A program made the position numbers and the translations under genes. From the NCBI GenBank assembly GCA_905178155.1, contig CAJINV010000005.1, forward strand, positions 9,093,346 through 9,157,345: a stretch of DNA of 64,000 nucleotides, written 5' to 3'. Numbering within the stretch: the first letter of the stretch is position 1; every line of letters starts with the position of its first letter. Positions 48,835 to 61,200 of this stretch are shown one piece after another. Origin of the DNA: Amoebophrya sp. A120 (Eukaryota; Protista; Dinoflagellata). The notes beneath the pieces were generated by a model that worked only from the letters and a program-made list of their open reading frames with translations, had not been told where the DNA came from and searched no databases.

Positions 48835-50819
48835 AAGGAGTGGTGAATGGAGGGTGGAGGGAGTGATGTTGGTGATGAGGTCGTGTTGCATATATAATAA
48901 TCCAGGAGCAGCAACATATTTCCGCAGTAGCTAGCTTTTGGACATCAAAACCAACGTGCAGAATTTACGTCCGTGTTGAAGTAGGCACGCACAGGCACAC
49001 ACTAGAATTCAAATTTTTGAAACTTAAAGAACGGCTTTCCAAGAACGTGCCAGTTGGTCTGCGAAAAGTAAAGGCAGCAGGTTTTTCGATCTTCCACGAG
49101 TTGGCTAGGCAAGTGTTTGTGTTCGGGTATTTTTCACTGAGGATGGCATTATACATCGCTAGCGTTCATTTTCGTCTCTACGCTGCCCGTGCGCTCGTCT
49201 TGCAATGCGTTCTATCGTTGCTGTGTGAAAGTCGGCGCCATCACCGCGCGCGCAGCGGACTGGCGGCGCAAAGCCGAGCAGGACCGCGCGCGGCGCTTCG
49301 GTGGTCTGCAGGGGGGCGCTCGACTTGTCCACCGGGGGCGCAAAAAGCAGGGCGCGCCCTGGTCAAGTGGCTAACTGTGGCGCACACGCAGGGCGCCGAG
49401 GCGTGCCCACTGCCGCCATGCGGGTACGGGATGGCACCAGCGCGACCCATCGCGATCGTGTTGCGACCAACCACGTGGGCCAGCTCATCTACAAGAATGA
49501 AGCTCCTGGGCCCGCGCGGAGCTGCGGCGGGGCTCCGTGCTTTTGGCAGCGGTGGAGAGGTTGACCGCTTACCAAAGGGCCCGGGCACTTCGGAACATGC
49601 CGCGCCGGTGGTGGCGCGCGCCGCTGCGGGTAGCGTAAGCGAGGCTCTCACGCTGCAGGCATTGCAAGCGAGATTCTCGCAGGCCATGCCTGCCAGGTTA
49701 GATTCGACACGGCCGCGACGGGCCAGATCTAAACTAAAGGCATTAGACGGCGAACCACCTGCGCAAGAGAGACGCCGCCGCGTCCTTCACCGTGGAACCG
49801 GCGCCGCCCGCATTGGCGATCATGCGGAGCCTCGCAGACCTTCCGCGCCGGCCCCTACTCCGAAAAGGCTTTTGCCTTGCTGCCGCCCTCCTAACCACAG
49901 CGCGCGTGGCGAGTGCGATAGCTGGGAGACAGGTTGGCGGCCTTTGTCCTCCCGGTCGCCAGGGCTGTGCCGGGGCGGGGCCTTCCTATGGCGCGCCTGC
50001 GCCCCCTGTCCCGCCATGGCGTGCGCGCGGCCGCCGGACATGCGGGCCGGCGGCGCCCGGCCGGCCGGCGGCGCCTTGCTGCGCTGTTGCGCGAAAAATT
50101 TGATCCAAGGGCCGCGCGGCTCTGCAGTTGCGCCACGACAAGGCGGAAGCGCCGCGCACTTTAATAGAACTAGAAGACGACGCGACGGGCGCGCCCCGTT
50201 TTTTCTGGCCGGCCGCCCGAGACGGCCCAAAGCTAGGCGAGCCGCCGCCGATTGGATTTTCCGCGCGCCTCTCGGGCTGGCCCAAGCGCGCCCCGGGCGC
50301 CCGCTTGGCCCTGCGTGCCTGCCCTTGCATTGGGCCGGGCCCCCCGCCCAAGAAAAACAGGCAGCAATCGGCGTGGCCCAGGGCGGCCCGCGCGCCTTGT
50401 TTGGTTGGCAGTGGTTGTCGGCGCGCCCCCATATCGCACCGCGCGGCGCCCGGCGCCCGCCCGCCCGCGCTTCTTGAGCGCGATTTGCTTTTTCGTGGCC
50501 GCTGCCTTGCTTGCCTAAGCGGCAGCCTCGGTGCGACAGCTGTAGCCTTTTTATTCCCGGGGCGACGCCTTCATGTAGACTGCAGCCCCGTAGAAGCGCT
50601 TGCGCCTACTCCGTGTTAATTACCGTGCCGCGCGTGCGTTGTTCCATGCTTTTTTTCATAACGTCGGGGCGTAGATATGCTTTCGCTTTTTTGCCAAGCG
50701 TGCTCCATGGCATGAGTCAGTAAAGGCCTTTCGCCCCCTCGTCATTCAACCACAGATCGACTAAGTTTTCGATCTCGAAGAGCCAGCACTTCTGCCCCCA
50801 ACACCCTCTCCGCAACAAG

Positions 50820-53728
50820 ATGACTTTCACCAAACGTCGTTTCCACCCTCCAGGCTTTATTGCCTGTATGGCTCTACTTTTGTTCTTGCTCTCGTCCCCA
50901 CCACCCCTCGCAGCAGCCGCGAAGAAGAAATCTTCGAAAAACAAAAAAACCGACAAACCAACTCCCGCGTCCGCCCCACCGGTGGTAAGGAAGAAGAAAA
51001 ATTATCTGGTCCTCGGCGGGACGGGATCCAGATCCGCGGCCACAACCGAGTTCCTCATTCGGCAACCGAATGTCGACGTGGTGCTCCTCAACCGCGGCAA
51101 CATGTACTGGGACGTGGCCAAAGAGCTCAACGTCCGCGCCGCCGAGCACTGGCCGTGCGACCGGAAGAAGAAGCTGCAGAACTGCAAGCCCTTCATGGCC
51201 AGCGACAGGAAATTCGACGCGTGCTTGGACTTTTCCTCGCTTACTTGGGAACAGTTACAAAACGCGAAGGACTACCTACTGGACTCGCAAAAGTGCGACT
51301 TCTACCTCTTCGCTTCTTCCTACAAAGTGTATGAGGTGTCCGGGGCGTTACCGAAACGCATGACCAAGAAATGGTGGAATGACGTGGAAAACGGGAGACT
51401 GCAGGAGGACAAACACATGCGGAGACCGAACAAATCGGTGTCCCCACTGGAACGGCACGAGATCATCTCCGCGAACAAAATTGGGAACGATTTCTACCTA
51501 TGCACTGCAAAAAGTGTCGTATTCGTGGGAACAATTGCAACCACATGCATGACCAATATCTCCTCTTAGGTAATTGAGCATGACACATTTCATAGTGAGA
51601 CTTTTCCACTCAGGAAAATTTGTAATGCAGTTTCTACGTAATGCAATACTTTTGTAATGCACACTACGAAGTGGAGGAGGCACTCGAGAAAAATTTTATG
51701 AAGACCAACGTGCCGTACAGCGTTTTGAGAATAGGAAACGTGATCACCCCGAAGGAGGCGACGATGCGGTTCTGGTTCTTGCAATTGTGGCTACACGGGC
51801 ACCAGAATTTAGGTATACATAGTGTTATTGAGGTTTTGAATGGCTTTCCTTGATGCTCTAGTGGAGATGAAAAGTAGTCCGAAAGATATACGGGTGTGGA
51901 AGTTCTTATTTCCAGGACCTGCAATTTTCGACAGCCGTAGTAGTATCGGCGGGAGATGTTTCGGAAAGCGATTTGTGTCCTGCTGCTACCAGGGTTATCA
52001 AGAATGCCGCCCGGATTCGCGACAGCGGGATGGACAGTTTTGGGACTTTTTTCAGGATCTGCAATTTTTGAGAGCCGTAGTAGCATCGGCGGGAGATGTT
52101 TTGGAAAGCGATTCGTGTCCTGCTGCTACCAGCGTGATCAAGATTACCGCCCGGATGCGCGACCGCGGGATGAACAGTTTTGGGACTTTTTTCAGGATCT
52201 AGAATTTTTGAGAGCCGTAGTAGCATCGGCGGGAGATAATTGGGAAGTGATTTCGATGTTTTTGTTTACGAGGTTTGTGAAGAGCTTCGTGCGGATTCGG
52301 GACACAAAGGAGAACGGATGTGGAATGTTTTTCAGGATCTGCAATTTTTCGGAGCCGTAGTAGCATCGGCGGGAGATGTTTGGGAAACAGTTTCTGTGTT
52401 GCTGATACAACTGGGCTTTCCAGCACTCCTATGTGGATTCGCGACAGGAGGAATAAAACGACTTCTGGTTTTTCTTCAGAATCTGTGACGCTTCAACCCC
52501 GTAGCTTCAGTAGCGGGAGATGTTCGGAACATGATTTTCGCATTGCTGGCAGGGGCCTCTCGCACGAAGGGCGGGGGGTTCTTCTAGTTCCGCGGAAGGG
52601 CGGGAAGATGTAGTTCTAGTTGTGCATATGATGAGCTACTTTTATCTAGAGATCGAATTCAACCACAACCATCCAACCACACTTCTTCTCCTCAGGTATG
52701 CCCATGCACACCACCTCGGACGCGCCGTATCAAAATGAAAAATCTCCCCTCCCCACATCAAAACGAAATTTTTGATGCTGGATTTGCGTACACAAATCAG
52801 ATTTGTCTTGCAGTAGAGGACTGCCGGCCCACTTCATGCTAATGCAGAGAGAGGCTTTGGCCTAGGCGCTTAGCATGAGGAACGTCTATGCTGTAGGACC
52901 GCCAGCATTACAAACCGCTTGCATCATGGGGCGGAGCCCATGCCGTTGTTCTCTTGCAACACAGACGCGATTTGTGGTCACAAATCAGCATCACAAATTC
53001 TCTGGGGCGTTCGTTTTCGATATGGGGAGGGGGGATTTTTCCTCATGATACGCCGATGAGTTTCACCTACGGCTACGACATCGCCCAGGCAGTCGCGAAG
53101 GTGCTGAAAAAGGCCGCAAATGCCACCGAAATCGACGAGGTGGCGGGGGAAGCGTTCAACATCGCGTGCGAAGAAACGAAAGACCAGTACAACCTGTACT
53201 ACACCATTGGGGACGCGATCGGGCTGTCGCAGGTCCAACACGTGCGACGCGACAACAGAACGGAGGCGCTGACGCTGTACCCGGAAAACAAGGACGGACA
53301 CGTGATGAACATCGAGAAAGCGAAGAGGATCTTGGGGTTCAAACCGACGAATCTGGATAAGGCGGTATAACTTGCTCTTCTGTACTACATACAAGGTCAT
53401 TGTGCAATCATAATAGCAGCAGGCGATGGTTTTGTTGCATACCGTAGTAAGTTCCATGATCGTCTTCATTTGCATTCTTTATCAACCAAAAATTCTCAAT
53501 CCTCAGATCCGCGAATCAGCGTTGTTCTACGAGCAGGCGTTGACAGGGGAGAGGTGGAAGAACCAGAGGAAAGTTGCTTTTAACGCGATCGCGGAGATGA
53601 TGAGGACGAGGAAGTTGGTGGATTGGGTAGAGAAAAAAGTCAAAGAAAAAAAGAACATTTACGATGACTACGATCCAGAAGAGTACGAAGAGTACCTGCA
53701 AGACAAATTTAAAAGACTGGAATTGTAA
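50820..53728 (+). CDS. NAD-dependent epimerase/dehydratase-like (atypical SDR) protein with signal peptide, multi-exon
   Basis: YLVLGGTG, VVLLNRG, YLFASSYKVY, YGYDIAQAV, GEAFNIA and EKAKRILGFKP. Two introners plus GT-AG introns 51813-52695 and 53365-53506. Confidence 0.75.
51499..51663. mobile_element. Introner family D
   Basis: TSD ctacc/ctacg; ends ACA. Confidence 0.8.
51911..52530 (+). repeat. 140-bp-period tandem repeat (~4.5 copies) inside a GT-AG intron
   Basis: ttcaggatctgcaattttt..gccgtagtagcatcggcgggaga recurs at 51911, 52051, 52191 and 52331, with a degenerate copy at ~52475. Confidence 0.9.
52728..53050. mobile_element. Introner family A
   Basis: TSD cgccg/cgccg. Confidence 0.9.
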
Positions 53729-55284
53729 ATAAATGACAATCATAATTGTTGCTCCTGATGTGTGAAGCGATTGCTTTTTTGTCAAGATCCTAGTGCCGCG
53801 TGCTGCGAGCAGCGCCACCGCTGAGTGTTCCTAGCTGTACGTGGAGAAGAGGGCTCCACATGCGTGGCGCAACTGTGTTTCTTCATCGGTTCGATGCTTC
53901 TACAGTCTGCCGAGGATCCTACAGCGGCTCATGGCCGGGCCCGCGTCGCAATCCGCAAGCCAGTGCGCGGAGGGCACGCGCTGACGCTGCTGGCGGCCCG
54001 GAACCATTTCGCGGGACAGGGCGAGCCAGCTGGCAGGAACCACCGGGGCCAGGACGGCTCCTCTCGCAAACACACGCCCGGCGCCTGCCTGAGGCCGCCC
54101 AACTTCCAGGGGGCGCGCCACTTATTCGGCCGGCGGCGCAGATTCTTTCCCCACATACGTGAAAGCAGGGGCAGCCCCCGCGCGCGCGCCGCGCCAGCAA
54201 CGCCGGGGCGGGCAAGCGAAATGGCGGCCGCGCTCCCGATATCGCGCGCCGGCTCTCGGGCCGCCCCCCGGCAGGGGCGGGCACGGCTTTGGCAGCGCTT
54301 TGCTGCGGCGCGGGCCGGTGTTGCCGCGGCCCCCTCTTGGAACAGGGCGCCCAGAGCCGTCCGGGCGGGGTTGCCGCCAGCATGTCGGCACGCTGGCGCC
54401 GGGCAGGCGCCGCAGGGGCGGCGGCAGGGTATTCCCGAGCGCGCGGGAAGGGCCCGGGGGCCGGGCCTGCCGCACGCCTTCGGCATTCGCGCCGCCCTGG
54501 CTTGGGGCCCTGCGGGGCCGGGCGAAAATTGCGCCCGTCGGGCGCGCGCGCGCTTCTAAGCGAACAGACCGCCGGCGCGGAGTCGCGGCCGGCGGAGGGG
54601 CCTGGGCACGTCAGAAAGAGGCTGCGACGAGATCCGGGTCGTAGTGTGGGAACTCGTATGGTTCAGAAAGTACGCAGCGCGCGCGCGCAATGTGGTGCGT
54701 CGGCAATAGTTTAGCGCGGCCGCGCGGGCGCGGTGTCGGTCCGCCCAGGCTGCTGCCGCTCGTCTTGTTCGCCCTGGCCCGGCGGCGCCATCGGGCGCCC
54801 GTGCGCTGCTTACCGGGCAGGGGGCCGCGGGTTGCCTTGCCTGACTGTTTACGAAGAGCCGGGCCGGGCCCGGGGGGGCGGGCGGCCGGCCGCACACTTG
54901 CCCGAGCAGGTTGTGGGGCTGCGCGTTTCCCATCCGCATGGCGGCGCAGCCTGCTCCCCGAAGTTGGTGGACGCCCGGGCGGTAGATTTGGAGCCGCGGG
55001 CGACCTGGCGCTGCGCCTTTCGCCCCCCAGCCATTGACTTCCTGTATCGTGGCCGGCACGATATGCCGCGCCCTCATGTTGTTGGCCCATCAGTTTGCTT
55101 CGCCCATTGGAGGCTGGTGTGTATTCACGCAGGCGCCACGTGCCTGCTGGCGCGCACCTATTTGTGTTCGCAGAATTCAGAATTTCGTAGTGCGCCCACC
55201 GTGAGTTATCCCTTAATGGAACTGGCATTGAAGTAAGTAACTACCCCTCTACCACAGTAAGAAAGCCTGCTCTCCAGTACCGCC

Positions 55285-58200
55285 ATGCGCACACCGTTTC
55301 CCCCTACAGCCAAAATCAGTACAAATGGAACGCAAGAAATGTGGAAAACGGTCGTCCCGCGGCTCCACCGCGATGCAGCTGGCGACGAGAATACTGGAGC
55401 ACGCCGCGACCACAGGAAGAGCACGAAGAAATGCGGGGCCCGTTTCCGCTGCAACACTAAAGAGCAGTACGAGACCATCCCTCCTCCTCGCCACCCGAAC
55501 AAGATCAAGACCGCGAAGCACAACCTGCTCACTTTCCTCCCCGCAACGGTTGTTCGCACGTTCCGACAGCCCGCGAACATATACTTCCTCTTCATCTGCC
55601 TCTTCCAGATCCTCCCCGAAATCACTCCCACGAATGGCGTTGTGTCGCAATTACCACCCTTGCTCGTCATCGTCGTGGTGGAAATCGTGACCGCTTTTTT
55701 GGAGACCTGGAAGCGCTGTGCCGCGGACCGAGCGGAAAATGTGGAAAAAAAGTGCTTTCGAGTTGTTGTCCCAACTGCTCCTGCTGTCCGAGGCGGGGAA
55801 AGAAAGACCACTGCCAACGATTCGCATACGAACACCAGTGGCAGCACGAGGGGCCGCGGCGCCAAGGGTGACGAAAAGCCGCCTGATGGTGTTCTCGGTC
55901 GAGAGGGCACCCACACACGCGATAGAAGTTCTAGTGCTGTGGATGAAGACCACTTCGAGGAAGTGCAAGTGGAGCAAATCTCCCGGCAAGACATCTGCGT
56001 CGGGGATATTTTGCAGCTGCGACCGGGAGAGGAGGTGCCGGCGGATTGCGTGTTAATACCTGATGATATGGTGAGGAAAATAAACGCGAATCGGTCAATT
56101 GGTGAATCGTCTGCTGCTCTTTGTAATCCCCCGGCGTCATCATCTTCTGCTGCAGCCCTTTTCCCAAGCAGAACATCTCCTCCGAAGAGCAACAGTGGTG
56201 TTTGTGTCCAAACCGCGAGTCTCGATGGAGAAACAAATTTCAAACGGAAGAAGGTCATGGGGATAGGTGTCGCGTCGAGGATGACCCCGCGTGCTTTTGT
56301 GGATTGGCAGGGGCAGCATCAGGATTCTGCACCTTCTTGTGCGTCGTCATCAGGTCGGCGAGCTCAACCTATCACCGTCGAGCTGCAAGTACCGAGAGAA
56401 CCAAATGCAGATCTGAACAGCTTCACGGGCACTTGTTCAACTAGATACGGTACTGTGCCGAGCGGGGAGAGTGTCACTGTCCCGTTGACGATCGACAATT
56501 TACTTCTCCGTGGAACGACTCTTCGGCAGGAAGTCGCGACTTCGTCCGGCAAGCACAACGTGAGGAAGACGAGCGTTCAGAACAGAAGAACAACAACGAA
56601 TAATTTGGCGCAAAACTACAGACGAACGGTTGCAGTGGGGTCTTTGCGTGGGAGGGCTACGGCTGCGGATCCTTATTCGAGAGCTGCTTCTCCCTCCTCT
56701 CCGTTTCGGTTGTCGCACACTGTTGCCACTGATGCTTCTCATGCACGGACGCAAGAGATGCCATTGTGCCCCTCGCCTGACGTTTGCACATCACACGACC
56801 TGGACTCTCGACGTGCCTCCCCCAATCTCGATGATTTGACCGAATCCCAAGCGTTGATTGCACACCATATTTCGGACAAAACCGCGATAACTGTAAACGA
56901 CGCCGAAACAATTGTCCCATCACACGAGGACTACGATCCTCACAGAAGGACCATCTCCGGCGGTCGAAGAACCTCCCCGAGTGGTAGAAATGAAGACAGT
57001 AGAACCACACAAAATTATCACCAGCAGCGCCACTCGCGCCGACGAACTGTGGCGGGGCAGCAATTGTCGTTGTTTCACTACGCCGTCGTCGTTTACGTCG
57101 GAGAGGACACGAAAGTGCAGAAAAACGCTTTTTGCTCGGAATTGAGGAAACCCGGCTTCTTCGACTTCTGGATTGATTACATCATGAAAAGATGCGTTTT
57201 GATAGAAGTTTGCTTCTGCTTTCTCCTTGCGATCTACGCGTTTTGCTGCGAGGAAGTGAACCCCTTCTGGAACACAACGGACCTGCCGGTGAAAAATAGG
57301 CAGTATAACTGGATCCAAAGAATCTACCGACCGGTTGTTGACGAGCTGATCCGGATATGCATTGCAAATATGTCTGGGTGGTCTGGAAGACTGCAACTTG
57401 TGATGCTGCATTTGGATTCCAAAAAAATTTGTATTGCATGAGCAGCAAAAGGAGTCTTATTTTTGCTACGCGGAAAGGGCATTTGTCATGCGAAATAGGC
57501 ATCAAGAACCCCTCGAAAAATCTGTGATGCTACGGCATGCATCACAGACATCATGGCTCATGCAAAACGTGCGTGACAAGTCTCAGAATCTTCCAGACCC
57601 AGACATTTTTGCATTTGATGCCGGATTCTCCAGTCGCACGAGAGCAACGGTTTTGTCAAATTTCTCCAAGTGGTGCTGCTCACTATTGTGCCAAAGTCCT
57701 TGACCTGGATCACGCTCTGTAATAATTTCGTCCCGATCTCGCTCGTCGTGCAACTGCAGCTCAACAGGCTGTTCCAAGTGCTCTTTCTGGTGAAGGATGA
57801 CGAGTTCTTGAAGCTGTATGAAGGTGACTCTGTAGTAGAAAAGCCGAGGGCTGCCGTTGAGAACTACCCGAAAAGCCCCAGTACACCATCACCAGCTTAT
57901 TTGCTGCCAACAGCCGATGGGGATGAAGACCAAATTCCTGTCGCGCTGCAGATTGAACCATCCGTGGATCAGACACGGGAAAGCGAAGCGGGTGTTCTAT
58001 CAAATGTAAAAATGTCTGGGTCTGGAAGGATACAACTTGTGATGCTAATTTTGGAATCTACATAAAAACTGTATTGCATGAACAGCAAAAGAGGTGTAAT
58101 TTGTGCTAGGCGGAGAGGGCATTTCTCATGCGGTATGAGCATCAGAAAGCCCTCGCAAAATCTTCATGACAAACTCCTGCATTCTTCCAGACCCAGACAT

Positions 58201-61200
58201 TTTGCAATCCATATGCTCTTGCAGTCAGAGGACCACCTGAAGAACAACAACCTTTGCTGCGAAGTTTTCCTTTTGACGATCCAGATTTAAATCGGACTTC
58301 CCCGGCGTCTTCTACTGCGTCCCCAAGCTCCAGTAGCTCAGGAATGACAGTCACTACAGGCTCAAATTCGGTGACAGGAGAAGTAGAAATAGGTGATATT
58401 TCCTCAACATCCCTCCGCGGCTTCGAACGTCCGCAAGTGAACCGTTCGAATTTACTGGAAGAATTGGGGCACATCACGCACATTGTCACGGATAAAACGG
58501 GAACTTTGACAAAGAACGAAATGTCGTTCCACTCGAGTTTTGGATTCGAGAGGGGAACAGAAGTGAGGAGTGGCGAGGAGTGCACTTTTGCGATGTTAAC
58601 TGACACTGACCCACCGGTGGATGATCCTGCGTCTCCCGAGAGCAGCAGCAGCAGCGATTCTTCCTCCCTTTTCGCGACACTCTTGCCAAGCTATGCAAAA
58701 AACGCCAATAGCTTTTCCGGAGATCCCGCATCAGAGGAAAAACTCTCCATGTTCCTCGCCATGGCTTTGTGTCACACGTGTGAACGAGATTTGGAAACTG
58801 GGAATTTGTCGTCCGCCAGCCCAGAGGAGATTGCTTTGGTGGAAGCAGCGGAGAATTGTGTGGGGATAGAATTTCTCGCCGTGAGGGACACTGATATTTG
58901 TGCCGCTAGTTGTACAACTTCCACGTCGTCGTCAAGCTCTTCTTTACCTTCCTGTTTCACGTACGACGTACGCATACCGTTTATTCAGCCGGGCGTGTCT
59001 GGGTCTGACGATCATGGTGTTGAGCATGACAACCTCGCGCCAGTCATCTCCTTCGAAATCGCAAAGGTTTTAGAGTTCAACTCCGACAGAAGACGAATGA
59101 GCATCGTCGTGAAAATTCCAGAGACGCTGCCAATACCGAAAAAGCCACCAGATAGGGCGGAGTCTCCAGTTGTGATTCTGAATGATGATACAAATGCAGC
59201 GGGCAGCGCCGACTCTGTAATGCCAGACAGGCATGCGAGAGCAAATGAAGAGCTACCCGCGCAAAACAAGTACCCCGCGGACTATGTCCTTATCTGCAAG
59301 GGCGCTGACTCAGTTCTGATTGACGACCTCTCACTTACCTCCCGGAACGCAGATAAACAACGAGGACCTTGCGAGAAAACACAAAATTTGAAAAGGAAAA
59401 TTAAAGAGTTGAGCGAAACGGGGCTCCGGACGTTGGTTTTTGGCTGGAAAAAGTTAGACGCGAAAGAAGTTGCCAGCCTGTTCTCCACGACAGGTTGTGA
59501 AGGCGATGATGCTACTGGCAGCACGACAGTAGATGCAGACCTGACAGCCACGACTACAGCGAGTTACACTTCTTGTTCATCTTCGTCGGCCTCTTCCCAG
59601 GCCAGAAGGGTCGAGTCTGCAGCACGAAAATCATCTTCAAAAACAACCGACGATCTGGAAAAAGATCTCCATCTCCTCTCCGCTGTCGCAATTGAGGACG
59701 CGTTGGCGAACCACGTCGCGGAAACCGTCGACGTGATAAAGAAAGCGGAAAAAATCAAGCTCTGGGTCTGCACCGGGGACAAACCGGAGACTGCCGTTGC
59801 GGTGGCAAAGAGCTGCCATATTGTGGATGAGAGTATGGAGGTGTGGAACTTAAACGATGAATCCTCGCTGGAACTCCCTAACTCCGTTGATTGTTACGCT
59901 TCCTCTTTTTCAACGTATGCCGCGGTTGTGACGGGGGATAAGTTTTGTCAGATTATAGCCGGCGACAGCGACTCTATTTCTTTCTCTTCGGGTGAGAGTG
60001 AGATAAGAAAAAAAGCGGCACTGTTATCACCTGCACCACCACCAGCAGTGGGGAAGAAACTACATGTAGCGCAAGCGGAAGTAGAACTCCTTCGTTCGGA
60101 AAAGAACGTAGAACCAGCTGCACATCGCAAGATCAACCAAGACCTGCAAAACTTCCTCCTAAACGCCACCGCCGTGATCATCTCAAGAGTTTCGCCGAAG
60201 CAAAAACGGGAAGTGGTTCGATTCTTGCAAGGCCGAAATATCAAGGGGAAGAAGGGGAAAACGAAGCTGAAGAACACCGTTTTAGCAATCGGCGACGGGG
60301 CAAATGACGCCGGGATGATAAAGGAAGCCACGGTTGGCATCGGGTTGTACGACTGTGCCCTGATGAAGAGCTTTGTTCAGGAGCAGGAAGATTCTTGTGC
60401 AGCTGCTGATGATGCAAATTATCTCAGTAACGCAACGGGAACTACGACAGCCACAAGTACCCGGCCCAAAAAGAACCCGGCGTTACAAACAGCTGCCGTC
60501 CGACAAGCGGATTTCGCCTGTGGTCACTTCGCGTGCTTGCAAAGGTTGATCTTCGTTCATGGGAGAGAAGCGCACCGGAGGAACGCGTTTTTTCTGCAAT
60601 TTATGGTCTACAAGAACGTGATTTGCACTGTTCCCTTCGTTATCAAATGCAAAAATGTAGTCTGTGTCTGGGAAACTCCGAGATTTGTGATGCAGTTTTT
60701 CCAAGCTCCCCCACGTCTGAAATGCAGGGCCTAGCATCACAGATTCTGCAGTTCCTTGGTGATGCGTATTCTGCATGAGAAATGCCCTCTCAGCATGGCC
60801 AGAAGTGGGCACCTTTTGCACGTTTATGCATCACCGATCTTTGTAGGATCCGAAACACGCATCACAAGTTCGGATCCTTCCAGACCCAGACATTTTTACA
60901 TTTGATATTCGTGCTCTTCGGGTTCTTGAGCAACGAGGCGAGCGGGTATCCGTACGTGTACCCGTTTCTGTATCAAAGTGAAAACACCCCTCCCCATACT
61001 AATTCGGAGATTTGTGTAGCATGATTTGGGACCACAAATCATTTTGTCATGCTAGAAGGCAGAAGATGCGAACTGTAGTGCTGGCTGGCGTGGGAAGGCC
61101 TTGCATCTTCAGCATGACAGGAGGCAACTGGAAGGGGGGGTCAGCATGACAAATTGGCCGCAACTAAGGCCGCAGCTGCGTCTCTTGGCCTCCTGGCAAT

